A stretch of DNA of 64,000 nt. Source: a virus. Shown here in pieces: positions 1 to 8,475 of this stretch (position 1 is its first letter; each line of letters opens with the position of its first letter). The notes below the pieces were generated by a model that did no database searches, was not told the origin of the DNA, and saw only the letters and a list, made by a program, of their open reading frames with translations. The stretch spans positions 5,850 through 69,849 of IMG/VR virus record IMGVR_UViG_3300034355_000644, one strand, 5' to 3'. The position numbers and the translations under genes are program-made.

Positions 1-348
1 TGCAATAACCTCTGCAAGCATTGCATCATTATTCCTTTTTGCCATACCTATTCTTGTAATTAGATCATTGTTGATTCTATCCAATTTAAAATCTAATTGC
101 TTAATAGTAATAGCCATATCATGTCTATTTATTTTATCTGCTATACACCAACTGATGGCTGATGGCATTTTTTTCATAATATGTAACGAAGTACCTAATT
201 TTAAAACTCTATACTCGTTATTGTCAGTAACTATTTCATAACTGCCAAATAGATGGTAGTTTTCGTAATCATCTTTCCATATCAATAAATCTTTAAGATT
301 ATCTAATTCGGATGTGAATATTGTTTTATATTTTTGTTTTTTGTTCAT
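1..348 (-). CDS. hypothetical phage protein, 3'-truncated by window edge
   Basis: Own translation: ATG at 348 overlaps the TGA of the 345..611 ORF; frame MNKKQKYKTIFTSELDNLKDLLIWKDD... stays open to position 1. Confidence 0.65.
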   Translation of the reverse strand, partial: MNKKQKYKTIFTSELDNLKDLLIWKDDYENYHLFGSYEIVTDNNEYRVLKLGTSLHIMKKMPSAISWCIADKINRHDMAITIKQLDFKLDRINNDLITRIGMAKRNNDAMLAEVIA

Positions 349-611
349 TTAGTAGCATAATTTTCTATTAACCATCCTATTACTCCCAAGAGTATAGTGA
401 TGATGCCGACTCCCCATTTCAGATGTTGTTCGTGCCGCTTACGATCTCCGGACATCATTAAGTCATACATTTCCTCTATCGCCACGTCCACTTTATCTAT
501 TTTTGCGGCCATATCATCTAACCTATCTTCCAATGCACTATATCTCCTTGCACATAATTCCACATGAGCTTCTAACGAATGTCTTTCAATACTACTAATC
601 TGATCGGTCAT
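345..611 (-). CDS. small coiled-coil protein with C-terminal transmembrane helix (holin/XhlA-like)
   Basis: Heptad-like N-terminus, hydrophobic WGVGIITILLGVIGWLI, AGGAG RBS, TAAATA box near 654-659. Confidence 0.6.
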   Translation of the reverse strand: MTDQISSIERHSLEAHVELCARRYSALEDRLDDMAAKIDKVDVAIEEMYDLMMSGDRKRHEQHLKWGVGIITILLGVIGWLIENYATK

Positions 612-655
612 AACAATGCTCCTTATGTTGAACGATTCAAAAAATCATATAGTAT

Positions 656-1069
656 TTATCTTTTTTTGAAAAACTGTATGTTAGTAGTATTACCTATTGC
701 GGTGGTCATATTTGCTTGAATTTCGCCATTCTCTGATATTATCAACATAGGAATTGAATTGGAATCTTTGTGGAGTATATCCAATTCTGAGTATTCCGTG
801 TATACAGAATCATTCTCAACAAAAAATTCAAATAACCATTGATCGTTTTGTTTTATCGGAAGATTATCATAAAATACTTGTGTTCTTAACCCCAATATCT
901 GAAGTAATGTTTCAAAATTTCGTTGTTTATTCCTTGATATCAGCCAATCTGATTGATTGGTAATAATAGCACCTGATTGATCTGGAAACGGCAATCGTTC
1001 TGCTTTAAAAAAACCAGTTGTTCCAGTGCAAGTTATATCAAAAGAAGTCTGACAAATAATTGAAATCAT
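656..1069 (-). CDS. hypothetical protein
   Basis: 137-aa ORF directly behind TAAATA box 1077-1082. Confidence 0.7.
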   Translation of the reverse strand: MISIICQTSFDITCTGTTGFFKAERLPFPDQSGAIITNQSDWLISRNKQRNFETLLQILGLRTQVFYDNLPIKQNDQWLFEFFVENDSVYTEYSELDILHKDSNSIPMLIISENGEIQANMTTAIGNTTNIQFFKKR

Positions 1070-1079
1070 TATGACCTAT

Positions 1080-2087
1080 TTACGTCAGATTTTTATCTCT
1101 ATTATTATTCTTCTTAGATAAGCCACCTCTCACCCACCCCTCACCGGGGCATTCTTCTGTTATTTTAAAATTTATACCATTGTTCCATGTCGTTTTTGTC
1201 TTCAGGCCACCCAATTGCCATCCTTCTCCGGGGCATTCTTCTGTTACTTTTTGTTCAATGCCGTTGTTCCACCACTTTTTTCCAAATGTTCCACAATATC
1301 CAACTAATTGCCCCAATTTCCAATCCACGCCTGGACATTCTTTTGCCATTACACACTCTACTCCATTGTTCCACCAACGATATCCTTTGTTGGATGTCAG
1401 CAGAGATCCCTCGAACCAATTTTCATCGGGTTGCTCGTAAGACATTATGCTATCCTTGCCGTTGTTCCACCACTTTAATCCCACGGACGATGGGATTAAT
1501 TCGCCCGATGTATATCTTGGATCATCCACCGATACTTGCATATTATTGCCATCTTTATCTTTTACTGGAACCATTCCTTTGCTGCAATGTACCAATTCAC
1601 CGGATACATATCTTGGATCATCCACTGAAACGGACATGGTGTTGCCATCTTTATCTTTTGCTGAAACCATTCCTTTGCTGTTGTGAATCAATTCGCCCGA
1701 TATATATCTTGGATCATCCACCGATACTTGCATAGTATTGCCATCTTTATCTTTGACCACAACCAATCCTATAGTATTCCACCTCCCTTCGTTGTTGTTC
1801 TTATTAAGCATTTTTGGGTGATTACGCGCATCCAAGCATTGTAATACTCTCGTTTCCCAAGCATAGCACTTGGTCGGGCAATTAAATGTTCTTCTTATTT
1901 CTTTAACATCGGGTTCACCATGCAACTTCCGAAATTCCGTCACGTGTTCAGATGAGGTCCAATAATTCTTCCAAAAAGTATTTGGGTCGGCATCTTTGCC
2001 GTACTTGGAGCCGTAATACCAGATATTAAGATGAGACCATCCGATTAGGTAGGTGTAAAAAATTGGTGCTTGTTTTTTTCTTGCCAT
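1080..2087 (-). CDS. GIY-YIG (Seg-like) homing endonuclease with 3 KDKDG-type and 4 WWNNG-type repeats
   Basis: N-terminal YTY...WYYG...YWTSS...WE...N pattern; C-terminal tandem ~32-aa repeats; GGGAG RBS. Confidence 0.8.
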   Translation of the reverse strand: MARKKQAPIFYTYLIGWSHLNIWYYGSKYGKDADPNTFWKNYWTSSEHVTEFRKLHGEPDVKEIRRTFNCPTKCYAWETRVLQCLDARNHPKMLNKNNNEGRWNTIGLVVVKDKDGNTMQVSVDDPRYISGELIHNSKGMVSAKDKDGNTMSVSVDDPRYVSGELVHCSKGMVPVKDKDGNNMQVSVDDPRYTSGELIPSSVGLKWWNNGKDSIMSYEQPDENWFEGSLLTSNKGYRWWNNGVECVMAKECPGVDWKLGQLVGYCGTFGKKWWNNGIEQKVTEECPGEGWQLGGLKTKTTWNNGINFKITEECPGEGWVRGGLSKKNNNRDKNLT

Positions 2088-2152
2088 GATTTATCTCCCT
2101 TTGATAATGGCAACGCCATATAGAGATATTTCAGGTGTGTTGATGTGTGTAA

Positions 2153-2230
2153 TAAATACATTGCTGATTGCTCCATGATAGCGTTAGAACCAATGGATAT
2201 TTGCAGTATCGCGATTGGTATCTTTATTTA
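2153..2230. ncRNA. conserved two-hairpin element upstream of endonuclease, copy 1
   Basis: Aligns with 4060-4137, 42208-42285 and 49368-49447 with covarying stems; bounded by TAAATA/TATTTA. Confidence 0.75.
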
Positions 2231-2381
2231 TCTCCGATTCATTTATATCGGAATTTAATTCTTCCACTTCTTGTTGAGCTTTGGCTCTTTTAGCTTCATT
2301 TGGGTCATGCTGATTGCTTCCCATAGCACTCATTTGACCACTTTTTGCTTTGTATTGATTGATAAATTCTTTAGCTCTCAT
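2184..2381 (-). CDS. small putative internal head protein (MRAKEFI N-terminus); 3' end runs into the hairpin element
   Basis: TAAATA box just upstream; N-terminus shared with ORFs starting at 39315 and 39764. Confidence 0.55.
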   Translation of the reverse strand: MRAKEFINQYKAKSGQMSAMGSNQHDPNEAKRAKAQQEVEELNSDINESEINKDTNRDTANIHWF

Positions 2382-2398
2382 ATTCGTATTTATCAGAC

Positions 2399-2425
2399 AA
2401 AAAAATCCCGCCGAAGCGGGATTTT
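2399..2425 (-). terminator. intrinsic terminator with UUCG tetraloop
   Basis: Minus strand AAAATCCCGC-TTCG-GCGGGATTTTTTT after 2448..2930. Confidence 0.85.
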
Positions 2426-2447
2426 GTGTATATATCTTAAAGATATA

Positions 2448-2930
2448 TTAGGATGCTAAGGTTGCAGAACTTGCCAATCTGAAGCCAACAGAGAATACGT
2501 CAGTTCCGGTGAAATCATAGCTTGATCCGTTGGGAAGTTGAGCATTACCTAGACCACCAATAAGTGCAGCCAGATTTACCGCTGAATTATCTCCGCCGGT
2601 AGTATCAGTATTGAAAGCTCCCACTGGGAAAGTTGCAAGGCTAAAATTTGTATTTGCAACAGTGTTACTAACTTGATACATAGCCACTGTGGATACTTGT
2701 TGAACTGTTTGTAGTAGCAGTTCAATCGCGCCACCAACACCAGCTTGATTGAAGGGGTTGGTATTACCACCAGAAAGATTCATGCCGAAGAATTCAAGTT
2801 TTGGTCCTTGAAAGTTAACGGGAACGCCAGCTGGTGCATAAGTTACATTTGCTGCAAGTTGTGGACCATTTAATTGATCAACTGCGAAAACAGGTTGTGA
2901 GCCGCCCGAGACGACAGGTATACTAGCCAT
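2448..2930 (-). CDS. probable abundant virion structural protein
   Basis: Gly/Ala/Asn-rich, own TAAATA box (2974-2979), AAGGAG RBS and own terminator. Confidence 0.65.
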   Translation of the reverse strand: MASIPVVSGGSQPVFAVDQLNGPQLAANVTYAPAGVPVNFQGPKLEFFGMNLSGGNTNPFNQAGVGGAIELLLQTVQQVSTVAMYQVSNTVANTNFSLATFPVGAFNTDTTGGDNSAVNLAALIGGLGNAQLPNGSSYDFTGTDVFSVGFRLASSATLAS

Positions 2931-2996
2931 AATAATTTTCTCCTTTAATAATTGGATCTTTTGATCCTAAATGTATTTATCATTTTGTTGAGAAAA

Positions 2997-4004
2997 CTAC
3001 TTTTTAGTATTTTTAATCATGCCCTTGACCCATCCATCTCCTGGATGCTGATACGAGAAAACATTATTTTTTCCATTATTATAACAAGTTTTTCCGGCTG
3101 TGGTTGCTTTGAAATCCCCCAATCTGCCCGGAACCCATCCCTCTCCTGGACAATCTTGCATCATTATACATTCAACTCCATTGTTCCACCAGGTCTGTCC
3201 AGAATTTGTTGTCCCAAGATTCCCTCTAATCCACCCTTCGCCCGGACATTCTTCGCTCATGGTTGATTTAATGCCATTATTCCACCATACTGTATTTTTT
3301 GACGTATGAATAAATTCCCCGGATTTATATCTAGGATCATCTCTGTGAATTCTTGTTTTTGTACCATCGCAATTTTTTACTGGAATAGTATCTATGGAAA
3401 CAGGAATTAATTCTCCGAGTTGATACTCTGAGTTGTGTATATCTACCTGTAAAATTGTTCCATTTTTATCTCGAACAGTAACTTTTCCTTTGTTTACGTG
3501 AGTGAGCTTATTTTTATTTTCTCTATAATAATCAGATGTAACCGTGGTTATTGTTCCGTTATTCGTTATGGTAGTCAATGATAGTGGTTTAATACTTCCA
3601 CCAGACTGTTCGATTTCATTTTTTGTTACCCAACATATCTCGCCCTGTTGATTCGTTGCCGCTCTTCGTGCGGGTAATCCCAATCTTCCTGCGCAACCCT
3701 CTCCTCCGAAGGTCATATTATAACCCCAATTGGACTTGTGGGAATTATTCTCTGTTATAAAGTGAGGTTCCATTACATTAAGCGTGTGGTCCGCATCACG
3801 AGATTGATATAATTCTTCCCACTTAAATGAGTCTTCACCCCATTTTTTAATCGCTCTGTGAAAAATCGCTGTTGTGGAATCACTGTTTGCATCTTTAAGA
3901 TGCCTAAACTTTCTTTTTTTAAAATTACTGGTAAAACCAACGTAGCATTTATTGTTAACAGTATTTGTTACCCTATATATAGTATAAATAGTTTTATTGT
4001 TCAT
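2997..4004 (-). CDS. GIY-YIG homing endonuclease with degenerate KDG-type and WWNNG-type repeats
   Basis: TIYRVTNTVNNKCYVG...R...H...AIKKWG.DSF...E...GYNMT.GGEG canonical GIY-YIG pattern. Confidence 0.88.
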   Translation of the reverse strand: MNNKTIYTIYRVTNTVNNKCYVGFTSNFKKRKFRHLKDANSDSTTAIFHRAIKKWGEDSFKWEELYQSRDADHTLNVMEPHFITENNSHKSNWGYNMTFGGEGCAGRLGLPARRAATNQQGEICWVTKNEIEQSGGSIKPLSLTTITNNGTITTVTSDYYRENKNKLTHVNKGKVTVRDKNGTILQVDIHNSEYQLGELIPVSIDTIPVKNCDGTKTRIHRDDPRYKSGEFIHTSKNTVWWNNGIKSTMSEECPGEGWIRGNLGTTNSGQTWWNNGVECIMMQDCPGEGWVPGRLGDFKATTAGKTCYNNGKNNVFSYQHPGDGWVKGMIKNTKK

Positions 4005-4059
4005 GATTTCCTCCTTGTTGAATTCACGCAGAGGATTTTTAACAGAAATAATAAATTGC

Positions 4060-4137
4060 TAAATATTATTACTGATGTCGTCCTCCGACGTTAGAACCAA
4101 TGGGTGTTTGCATCACCGCGATTGGTATCCTTATTTA
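4060..4137. ncRNA. conserved two-hairpin element upstream of endonuclease, copy 2
   Basis: Inner stem GGTG/CACC replaces GATA/TATC of copy 1; same 78-bp span. Confidence 0.75.
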
Positions 4138-4141
4138 TCTT

Positions 4142-5968
4142 TTAGTTCTTATTGAATAATTTGTTACCATGCGAGAACACGAATCTGTCTACCAGTTTTA
4201 CTCTGCCGTCCGGTGAATTCAATACCCATCCCTCATGACCGGGGTGTTGTCTATCTAATTGGAGTAATGATTCCATTTTTAATTCATGCAATAATAAAAA
4301 TATTTCAAATACTGCTTTAAGCGCGTCTCCGTTTGATGAAGGGCTATCTAAGTATTCGTTTATTCTTTTATATTTCAATGCGCCAACATTTCCCTCAATC
4401 CACTCTAAAAATCCATTTAGCAAATCATCAAAATTACTGCTTATACGAGAATTGATAAATCGCTTACACAGTTGAGGCAAGTCTGTTATTTTTTGAGATC
4501 GTAGCTCAGATGGATCAAATAACAAATCAATATCATCACCATGCTCTTTTAGCAATTTCTTTATTTCACCAATTATTTCCTTGCTTACCTTGAAGTTATT
4601 CCCTGATTCAAAGTCTGATGGGAACATCAGCAATAAACCCGGTGATTTTTTATGTTTTAACTCAGTTAGTGGCTCATCGCCAGATTCTTTGTGTTTAATC
4701 AGAGTATGAAGAGCTACACCGACCTCACTATCTGTAATCTTGGTTCCAAGGTCACTATTAACAGGAATCTTGTACTCTATAAAATTTGGCCTAAATGTAT
4801 ATGCGCCTTTTATTTCTTTTGGCTTAGATGAATACATCAGATCACCCTTGATGAATCCCCTAAAGCCTTTTGGCAAAGCTGAATCTAATAACGGAAATAA
4901 TTTATCATATATGTCAATCAATTCTTCTCTTCCAGGACCACGCGCATTGAGAATATCTCTCATTTGTTCTGATGTTTCCGCTAATCCATCGTATGTTTTA
5001 GCAGTGAATCCAGATTTGTCTGTGAGAATAAATTTACCCTTATCGTTTCTACCAAATACTATACAAGGTTTGCCGTCTATTTTGGTACTGATTGATTCAT
5101 CTCCATTCTCAGAAGAATATTTCATTATTCTAAGGGCTTCTTTTACTCCCTTTGATCCCCTTTCAAATACCAAATCCTCTAAGTGTTCTATTCTTGCATT
5201 ATTCTCAAGTAATGGCTGATATCCTTTGTGAACGATTCTATCTCGGAGTCTTGCCATATAGTGAATTTCCGGTTCATAGTAATCATCAATAAACGGAATA
5301 CCTTCTTTGTTTAGGTGTTGTGTGAATAATTCTATTTTTCTTGTTCGCTCTTTGTCTTTTGCCAACATCCTCAGTAATCGTTCTACTGTGCCCATATCTG
5401 CGCTTCTTGCGCTTGGTCCAAAGAATTTAACAGTAATGTCATTGACATCATTACTCACCGCTTTTTTCGTGTTTATGTCGTATAATCCTTGAAGTGGGTT
5501 TATTTTTTGACCCATAGTGTATGCAATTGAATTCAGTAGAATATTTCTTTCTCTACATTTATAGATACTTTCTTCTTGTAATCGCATCATGTATCTACTA
5601 AACTCAACATTCTTAACTGGATATAAGTTAACTTGAACGAATCCTCTTGATGGTGTTCCTACAATGGGGCACTTGAAGCAAACAGTATCATTTACTTTTT
5701 TCACGAAGTTATTAGGATTGAAGTCATAGCTTCTTGCCCAATTGATGAATCCTTCTAATAACTTGTTGGGTGATGATTTTGCCTGATCATATACTACATC
5801 AATATTTGAGCAATTCGGAGATATAGGTGCGCTTCCAACAATGTTGTCAATTAAATCTAAATGAGGTTGCATCATGCCCAACCAAGCAATAGTGGGTCTA
5901 CAATCGGTTTGATTGATTCTTTGTGTCAGTAATTTTCCTTTTGAATCAACAAAAACGAATTTCGTCAT
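4142..5968 (-). CDS. two-domain phage protein; C-terminal half with ligase-like KxDG motif (DUF6267-like)
   Basis: IEHLEDLV...STKIDGKPCIVFG...KGDLMY...EGWV...VKLVDR resembles nucleotidyltransferase motifs I-V. Confidence 0.55.
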   Translation of the reverse strand: MTKFVFVDSKGKLLTQRINQTDCRPTIAWLGMMQPHLDLIDNIVGSAPISPNCSNIDVVYDQAKSSPNKLLEGFINWARSYDFNPNNFVKKVNDTVCFKCPIVGTPSRGFVQVNLYPVKNVEFSRYMMRLQEESIYKCRERNILLNSIAYTMGQKINPLQGLYDINTKKAVSNDVNDITVKFFGPSARSADMGTVERLLRMLAKDKERTRKIELFTQHLNKEGIPFIDDYYEPEIHYMARLRDRIVHKGYQPLLENNARIEHLEDLVFERGSKGVKEALRIMKYSSENGDESISTKIDGKPCIVFGRNDKGKFILTDKSGFTAKTYDGLAETSEQMRDILNARGPGREELIDIYDKLFPLLDSALPKGFRGFIKGDLMYSSKPKEIKGAYTFRPNFIEYKIPVNSDLGTKITDSEVGVALHTLIKHKESGDEPLTELKHKKSPGLLLMFPSDFESGNNFKVSKEIIGEIKKLLKEHGDDIDLLFDPSELRSQKITDLPQLCKRFINSRISSNFDDLLNGFLEWIEGNVGALKYKRINEYLDSPSSNGDALKAVFEIFLLLHELKMESLLQLDRQHPGHEGWVLNSPDGRVKLVDRFVFSHGNKLFNKN

Positions 5969-6789
5969 GATATTTTAAATCCGTGTTTTGTCAGCAATCT
6001 GTCAGCTTCTTCGTTGCCGGTTGAATTAACAACTTCATCGTTGCCCTCAATTTTATCGTATTCTCTTTCTTTTGATCTTTTTGTGTGATTGTTCAGCGTT
6101 TGTGAAGCAAGGCTGGCTTGTCGGATTAAATCAACGAATAATTTATATTCTTTGGTCATGGTCCCCGAGGCATCTTCCATAACAGAACTGCTATAGAAAT
6201 CATCCTCTTTGTCAAGGAATGCTTGAAGTTCTTCGGGCGCTATCGCTTGAGTCTTGGCATTGATCCATTCTCCTTTAGAGTTAACCATATAATCTCTATT
6301 GCCATAACGAATAATCTTAGGCTCACCCGATATTAACTTAGTGCCGCTTGGACTGCTATGAAGAACATTTTTTGTCCTTGGCGATGTTGGGTTAGCTTGA
6401 TTTTGATTTGATTTCTTATACTTTGAAATCTGATTATTCATAATTTTATCAATAATCACCATAATGTCATCGCCATTAACAAATGATTGAATATGATTTC
6501 TGTTTAAGAAGTTTATTTCAACGAAGTTGATCAATTGCTTTCGCATCACGCCAGAAGAACCATTCAGGTATCTTGCTCTTTCTGCCTTATCACGGAAGTT
6601 ATTGGCATATTTCTTTTTAAAGTTGTTCCAAAAATTATACGCTTTCGTTGCCTTGTTGTGCTCAGAAGCAGATGATAATAACCCTCGGCCAGCACGATCC
6701 TTTTTCGTTTTTTTATAGATATCCAACAGACCTTCGTCAAGGATTTTAGTTTTTTTAGGATTTGGTTGTGTTATCTGATAAATTAGCAT
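5965..6789 (-). CDS. hypothetical protein (possible internal head protein)
   Basis: 274-aa ORF overlapping neighbours; ILDE motif near N-terminus. Confidence 0.65.
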   Translation of the reverse strand: MLIYQITQPNPKKTKILDEGLLDIYKKTKKDRAGRGLLSSASEHNKATKAYNFWNNFKKKYANNFRDKAERARYLNGSSGVMRKQLINFVEINFLNRNHIQSFVNGDDIMVIIDKIMNNQISKYKKSNQNQANPTSPRTKNVLHSSPSGTKLISGEPKIIRYGNRDYMVNSKGEWINAKTQAIAPEELQAFLDKEDDFYSSSVMEDASGTMTKEYKLFVDLIRQASLASQTLNNHTKRSKEREYDKIEGNDEVVNSTGNEEADRLLTKHGFKIS

Positions 6790-7024
6790 CTATTCTTCTC
6801 ACTGCTCGTATGAACTTGCTTGGGTCCTTTACCTTTATCGCATTTAATAGCTTTCTAACCAAAATCTCAGCATTAGCTTCGTCATACGAAGATTCAATTT
6901 TTTCAATGACACGAATAACGCTCGTAATAGCGGTTGAGGCTCTATTTTCCAATATATGTCCACGATCACGCTCAACATACATTGACTCAAGTTCTTCCAA
7001 TAAACTTCGTGTTTTTTTCTGCAT
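6755..7024 (-). CDS. conserved hypothetical phage protein
   Basis: 89-aa helical ORF behind TAAATA box near 7055-7060. Confidence 0.7.
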   Translation of the reverse strand: MQKKTRSLLEELESMYVERDRGHILENRASTAITSVIRVIEKIESSYDEANAEILVRKLLNAIKVKDPSKFIRAVRRIDANLSDNTTKS

Positions 7025-7074
7025 AGGGTAAATTCCGGTTACAAACTCGTCTGGTATTTATGCTGATTTAAAAA

Positions 7075-8475
7075 TCAACGTCCGGACTTTAAGTCATTCA
7101 TTAGTTGTTTTAACTTAGTGCTGTGGAATTCAGCCTCTATTTTTGGAGATTCTTCGTTGATTTCCTCTATACTACTCGTTGTTGAGCTATCTTTGAGCCT
7201 ATCAAGAACATTGGGCCTTCTCACGAATCCAGAACTCTGCTGTTCATCGTCCGGCAAATCGCTAATTCGCATAGTATCCATATCATACAGTAAATCAATC
7301 TTGTTACCAACGCCAGTGGAACTTCTTGATTTCATACATTGAATCTGATATTTTCCTTGTTCCTTCATTGATCGTGAAGTAAAGATACCAAAAACATTAT
7401 CCGCCGTATTGATTTTACTTATACCACCAGCAATATGGCTATGATCAAACTCTACTTCGGAAGTAGATGACCGATTTAATTGGCTGGCGGTCACAAGAAG
7501 TACACCCAATTCTTTTGATAAGTTTCTCAATTCCTCACTTACATATTTGTCCTTAACATACAAATCCGAGGGGCTAACTTTGGTGCTAACAGGCATCAAT
7601 AGATCAAGGTAATCCACCATTAAAAAATCTATTTTTATTCCAGATTGAACTTGAAGCTCTTTAAGATACGAACGAATATTGTTGATATTACTCTGAGCGG
7701 GTAGATACTTAACTCTATATTGTCCCATCTTTTTGGATGCCATTTTTACCTTCAATTCGGTAGTATCCATATCTTTCCGAATATCTTTCGTAGACATCAT
7801 TGTGAGCATCGCATCAGTTCGCAAGCTGGCTAATTCTTCGGATAGCTCTAAGGTGATGTAAACTCCATTTAATCCTTGTGCTAGCCAATTTAAAGCTAAA
7901 TTCATCATTACAAGTGATTTTCCGCTTCCAGAACCACCAGCGAAGATAGATAACTCGCCTCTACTAAAACCACCGTATAACAATTGATCTAATTGCTTCC
8001 ATCCAGTAGATACTTGACCCCCGCTATTAAAGTATTTTTCAAGTCTATCTTTGGGATTGGCGAAGTAATCTGTTCCCATATCCTTGGTAAGACTGATTTG
8101 AACAGCATCTTTAATCAGTTTTTCAACAGGATCATATTCGCCCTTTTCAAGAAGATCGGCTGATTTCAGAATAGCTCTTTCTAATTCTCTTCTACGAGTA
8201 AAGCTCTCAAATTCAGCTAAAAACCAATCATAATGTCCTTCGGTTAAATCTGATATTTCTTCTAATCTTATTCCGGTCGCTGCTAATATCTGAGAACGAT
8301 CTGGTAGTACCGTATACTTAGTGGCGTGTTCTTGTATAAATTTCGCAACAGGTTGTAATTTAATATCAAAATTTTTGGGATTATAAATGCCTTGGATTCT
8401 TACGTAACTCTGAGCATCTTGTATAAGGAATTCAATGAATAATTTTTGTATATCTAGGTTATAATCAGTGAGCAT
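7075..8475 (-). CDS. gp41: DnaB-like replicative helicase (T4 gp41-like)
   Basis: Walker A GGSGSGKS, ITLELSE, Walker B MVDYLDL, TASQLNR, MKSRSS. Confidence 0.93.
   Translation of the reverse strand: MLTDYNLDIQKLFIEFLIQDAQSYVRIQGIYNPKNFDIKLQPVAKFIQEHATKYTVLPDRSQILAATGIRLEEISDLTEGHYDWFLAEFESFTRRRELERAILKSADLLEKGEYDPVEKLIKDAVQISLTKDMGTDYFANPKDRLEKYFNSGGQVSTGWKQLDQLLYGGFSRGELSIFAGGSGSGKSLVMMNLALNWLAQGLNGVYITLELSEELASLRTDAMLTMMSTKDIRKDMDTTELKVKMASKKMGQYRVKYLPAQSNINNIRSYLKELQVQSGIKIDFLMVDYLDLLMPVSTKVSPSDLYVKDKYVSEELRNLSKELGVLLVTASQLNRSSTSEVEFDHSHIAGGISKINTADNVFGIFTSRSMKEQGKYQIQCMKSRSSTGVGNKIDLLYDMDTMRISDLPDDEQQSSGFVRRPNVLDRLKDSSTTSSIEEINEESPKIEAEFHSTKLKQLMNDLKSGR

Noticed and set aside
2153-2230. 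Hammerhead ribozyme or tRNA reading of the element
   Set aside because: Plus-strand CTGAT is not followed by GA-stem-GAAA in the hammerhead arrangement; no cloverleaf, TTC loop or CCA.
1080-4137. Group I intron or intein hosting the endonucleases
   Set aside because: Nucleases lie between complete genes with their own promoters; no split host gene, intron core or intein termini seen. Terminase, helicase and UvsX are uninterrupted.
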